NCBI GenBank assembly: GCA_963778655.1 | Contig: CAVZVA010000003.1 | Coordinates: forward strand, 480,001 to 544,000 | Direction: 5' to 3' | DNA: 64,000 nucleotides | Origin: an uncultured delta proteobacterium | Lineage (GTDB): Bacteria > Myxococcota_A > Polyangia > Polyangiales > JAFGIB01 | In this document: piece by piece, positions 62,114 to 64,000 of the stretch | How the letters are laid out: every line of letters begins with the position of its first letter | Position numbering within the stretch: the stretch's first letter is position 1 | Position numbers and translations under genes: made by a program | The notes under the pieces: generated by a model | The model's input: the letters and a program-made list of their open reading frames with translations, nothing else | Database searches by the model: none | What the model was told of the DNA's origin: nothing

Positions 62114-62647
62114 GTGGCGATGCTCGGGCTTGACAAGGGTGTGCTGATGCGAGCGGCCGAATCCGAGGGTCCACGGCGGCATCGGCTCGGCCGCGTGGCC
62201 GCGCTGTGCCTGCTCGCGCCCTGCCTGCTGGCGCCCGCGCGCGTAGCGCTGGCCGCGAACCCGCCGGTCAAGAGCGAGGTGCTGGTGATTCTCGCCAAGG
62301 AGCAAGCCGGCGAGATCGACCCCAAGCTCAAGCAGCTGCGCGCGCTGCAGAAGCCGCCCTTCAACAGCTACAAGTCGATGAAGGTGCTGTCGACCACCGA
62401 GGTGGAGCTGAGCACGGAGCACGCCGCCACGGTCGCGCTGCCCAACGGGCGCAGCCTGCAGCTCAAGCTGCTGGCGCGCATGCCGGACGGCCGTCACAAG
62501 GTGCAGGTCTCGATCAACCGTCCGGGGAAGCAGGACTACTTGCCGCTGTTGACGGTGATCGCGTCGGGCGAGCCGTTCTTCGTCGCGGGCCAGCACTACC
62601 AGGGCGGCACCCTGGTGATCGGCGTGCGCGTGGGGACCGGCAAGTAG
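62114..62647 (+). CDS. Hypothetical secreted beta-rich protein
   Basis: Signal peptide ALA-A, EIDPKL..PPFNSY, FFVAGQ.Y.GGTLVI; start may be 62147. Confidence 0.7.
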   Translation: MAMLGLDKGVLMRAAESEGPRRHRLGRVAALCLLAPCLLAPARVALAANPPVKSEVLVILAKEQAGEIDPKLKQLRALQKPPFNSYKSMKVLSTTEVELSTEHAATVALPNGRSLQLKLLARMPDGRHKVQVSINRPGKQDYLPLLTVIASGEPFFVAGQHYQGGTLVIGVRVGTGK

Positions 62648-62784
62648 CGCGCGCGGGCCCGGCGGCCGCTGCGCGAGCGGCGTGGTATATTGCGGGCGGC
62701 GGACTGGGGCGGCTCGCGCTCTTCCCGTCTCGGCGGCAAAACCGCCGGCACCTCCTCCTGCGGGATCGCCCCGCTCCCACGGCC

Positions 62785-63483
62785 ATGCGGCGCGACCACC
62801 CGGAAGCGGCAGAGCTCGTCGACGTGCGGCCGCTGCCCGCCGCCCCGGCGCAGGTGATCGCGGCGCTCGCCCCGCTTCTCAGCGCGCAGCGCCTCGCTCG
62901 CATCGAGGGCGCGGTGGCGCGTCGTACGCGCGCGGTGATCCCCGTGCTCGAGGCCGTCGACGATCCGCGCAACGTCGCCGCCGTGCTGCGCTCGGCCGAC
63001 GCGTTCGGCGTGCAGGAGCTGCAGCTGGTGGAGAGCGCGCAGCCGTTTCTGGCCGCGCGCCGCGTGACCCAGGGCGCCGAGCGCTGGCTCGACCTGGTGC
63101 GCCAACCGAGCCCGGAGGCCTGCGTCGCGGCGTTGCACGCCCGCGGCTTCCGGGTATATGTGGCGACGATGGCGGGCGAGCTGGCGCCGGAAGATCTGCG
63201 CCGCCTGGACAAGGTCGCGGTCGTGTTCGGCAACGAGCACGCGGGCGCCAGCGGGCGGATGGCCGCGCTCTGCGACGGTGCCTACACCATTCCGATGCAG
63301 GGACTGTCGCAGAGCCTGAACGTCTCGGTCGCCGCCGCGATCACGCTCTACGCCGCCACCCGCGGGCGCCAGGGGGACCTCTGCGCGCAGGAGCGCGAGC
63401 AGCTGCTGGCCCGCTTCCTGATGTCGTCGCTGCCGCGCGCCGAGCAGATCGTGGCCGAGCAGACGAAGCGGTGGGCGCGATGA
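62785..63483 (+). CDS. trmH: TrmH/SpoU-family RNA methyltransferase
   Basis: DPRNVAAVLRSADAFGV, GAERWL, VFGNEHAG, IPMQGLSQSLNVSVAAA. Confidence 0.9.
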   Translation: MRRDHPEAAELVDVRPLPAAPAQVIAALAPLLSAQRLARIEGAVARRTRAVIPVLEAVDDPRNVAAVLRSADAFGVQELQLVESAQPFLAARRVTQGAERWLDLVRQPSPEACVAALHARGFRVYVATMAGELAPEDLRRLDKVAVVFGNEHAGASGRMAALCDGAYTIPMQGLSQSLNVSVAAAITLYAATRGRQGDLCAQEREQLLARFLMSSLPRAEQIVAEQTKRWAR

Positions 63484-64000
63484 GCAAGCCGCGGGCGGAG
63501 CGCAAGAAGTCGGGCGCGCGCAAGAAGGGCAAGCGGGCGGGCTCCGGTGCAGGCCGGCGCACGCGCGGCTGGATCTGGCTCTCGCGCGCGCTGATCGCGC
63601 TGTTCTTCGCCGCCTCCGCGGGGCTGCTGGGGGTGGTCGGGCTGTTCTCGTACTACGGGCGCGATCTACCCAGCGTCGGCGCGCTGCGCCACTACGATCC
63701 GCCTCAGATCAGCCGTGTGCTCGATCGCAAGGGACGCGTGATCGCCGAGCTGTTCCAGGAGCGCCGCACGGTGGTGCCGATGACCAAGATCCCGCGCGTG
63801 CTGGTGCTGGCGGTGCTCGCGGCCGAGGACGCCGACTTCTATCGCCATCGCGGCCTGGACTATGCCGGCATCCTGCGCGCGCTCGGACGCGATCTGCTGA
63901 CCGGCAAGGCGATGCAGGGCGCCAGCACGATCACCCAGCAGATCGTCAAGAACGTGCTGCTCACCCCCGAGCGCACGCTCTCGCGCAAGGTCAAAGAGCT
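63480..64000 (+). CDS. mrcA: Class A penicillin-binding protein 1A, N-terminal part; runs off the window
   Basis: Translated by hand: basic N-terminus, TM, DLPSV, AAEDADFYRHRGLD, QGASTITQQ, RKVKE; ATGA overlap with trmH. Confidence 0.92.
   Translation, partial: MSKPRAERKKSGARKKGKRAGSGAGRRTRGWIWLSRALIALFFAASAGLLGVVGLFSYYGRDLPSVGALRHYDPPQISRVLDRKGRVIAELFQERRTVVPMTKIPRVLVLAVLAAEDADFYRHRGLDYAGILRALGRDLLTGKAMQGASTITQQIVKNVLLTPERTLSRKVKE

Overview
This is a very GC-rich bacterial chromosomal segment. Its gene content points to Myxococcota, probably Polyangia-like; this is inferred from a MYXO-CTERM-like tail, a giant TPR protein, DUF4388/J-domain/TPR proteins, TSP3 and MopE-like Cys/Asp repeats and an MXAN_5187-like domain. 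Most of it is core genome. There is a stable-RNA cluster (three tRNA-Ser, tRNA-Arg(ACG), SRP RNA, tadA). Housekeeping genes include fbaB, pcnB, nagZ, hflX, ttcA, cysS, radC, rpmH-rnpA-yidD-yidC-jag, rsmG, an AmgK-like kinase, UvrD/PcrA, an ECF sigma/anti-sigma pair, a TrmH-family methylase and PBP1A. A more accessory-looking stretch at about 28.4-46 kb holds a MacAB/LolCDE-like ABC exporter, 5-oxoprolinase, a BNR-repeat lipoprotein and several gene remnants. The best candidate for an undescribed system is a two-gene unit at 41918-46087. It pairs a MscS channel with a large membrane protein built as signal peptide, periplasmic coiled coil, multi-TM region, P-loop NTPase and winged helix. Other notable items: a secreted protein made of about 35 or more 14-aa helical repeats, a doubly membrane-anchored PD-(D/E)XK nuclease-like protein, a TIMP-like surface protein, a candidate two-state RBS switch before fbaB, and tadA directly downstream of its substrate tRNA. 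Three single-base frameshifts (site-2 protease, the NTPase, yidD) are most simply read as assembly errors. All calls come from reading motifs by eye; no database searches were run.
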